Below are positions 58,989 through 59,473 of a DNA stretch of 59,473 bases, piece after piece. The notes under the pieces were generated by a model, which saw only the letters and a list, made by a program, of their open reading frames with translations, was not told where the DNA came from and did no database searches. The DNA comes from an uncultured Enterobacteriaceae bacterium. Lineage in GTDB: Bacteria; Pseudomonadota; Gammaproteobacteria; Eutrophobiales; Eutrophobiaceae. The stretch spans positions 1-59,473 of the forward strand of contig CAZDXS010000157.1 of NCBI GenBank assembly GCA_964509455.1. Direction: 5' to 3'. The translations under genes were made by a program, and so were the position numbers. The number at the start of each line of letters is the position of its first letter. The stretch's first letter is position 1.

Positions 58989-59473
58989 ATGACCGAATCA
59001 TTGCGCTTTGGCGCTTACGTTGAATTCCAGTGCCCGCCGGGCCATGACCACGCCGCGCTCATCGAGGACGTGTTGAGCCTGGCCGTGCACCTGGACCAGA
59101 GCGGCTTTCACGTGTTCACCACGCTGGAGCACCCGTTTTACGAAAAGTTCGCCGTCAATCCCAACCCGCTGGCGGTGTTCGCGCACCTGGCGGAGCGCAC
59201 CGAAAACCTGCGGTTTCGCGCCTTGTGTCACACCCTGCCGTTGCACAACCCCATGGTCCTGGCCGGCGAGATTGCGATGGTGGACATACTGACGAAGGGG
59301 CGCATTGAATGCGGCGTCGGGCGCGGGCATCCCTGGCTGTGCGCACCGGCAGACTTGCCCATGGAGGAAAGCATGGGGCGCTACGTGGAATGTCTGGACA
59401 TCTTGCAAAAAGCCTGGACCGAGCCGTCTTTTTCCTACGCGGGCGAGTACTACAACGTAACAGACGTCGCCGT
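58989..59473 (+). CDS. LLM-class flavin-dependent oxidoreductase (runs off the window end)
   Basis: Hand translation from ATG 58989: MTESLRFG...EHPF...PNPLAVFAHLAERTENLRF...HNPMVLAGEIAMVDILTKGRIECGVGRG. Confidence 0.9.
   Translation, partial: MTESLRFGAYVEFQCPPGHDHAALIEDVLSLAVHLDQSGFHVFTTLEHPFYEKFAVNPNPLAVFAHLAERTENLRFRALCHTLPLHNPMVLAGEIAMVDILTKGRIECGVGRGHPWLCAPADLPMEESMGRYVECLDILQKAWTEPSFSYAGEYYNVTDVA

Overview
GC-rich, gammaproteobacterial-type chromosomal window. The left backbone is grpE-hrcA and nadK-recN, with a type II R-M pair wedged between them. From about 8.4 to 38.9 kb lies a ~30 kb anti-phage defence island with no recognisable integrase or transposase. It is built on a type I R-M scaffold (hsdM...hsdS...hsdR) interleaved with cargo: an AlbA_2/HATPase gene, a strict 42-bp dyad-symmetric tandem array ending in the start codon of a Fic gene, a membrane protein + ThsB-like TIR pair, two HEPN-like genes, a patatin + CdnE CBASS, and a small ORF + S49/SDH_sah peptidase. 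After hsdR come a Gabija-like OLD nuclease + degenerate UvrD helicase, RhuM, a DUF6884-like gene with two GIY-YIG-like paralogues, and a radC-mod-mod-res type III R-M block. That block is bracketed by a 65-bp direct repeat, and both mod genes are frameshifted at homologous poly-G tracts. The right backbone holds an RND pump, mauM/N(napG/H)-like and mauE/D genes, a second type II (m4C) R-M pair, trxB, an amidase and a Rieske-oxygenase/acetamidase catabolic cluster. No rRNA, tRNA or CRISPR array was seen. Family assignments come from motif recognition by eye, not database searches.
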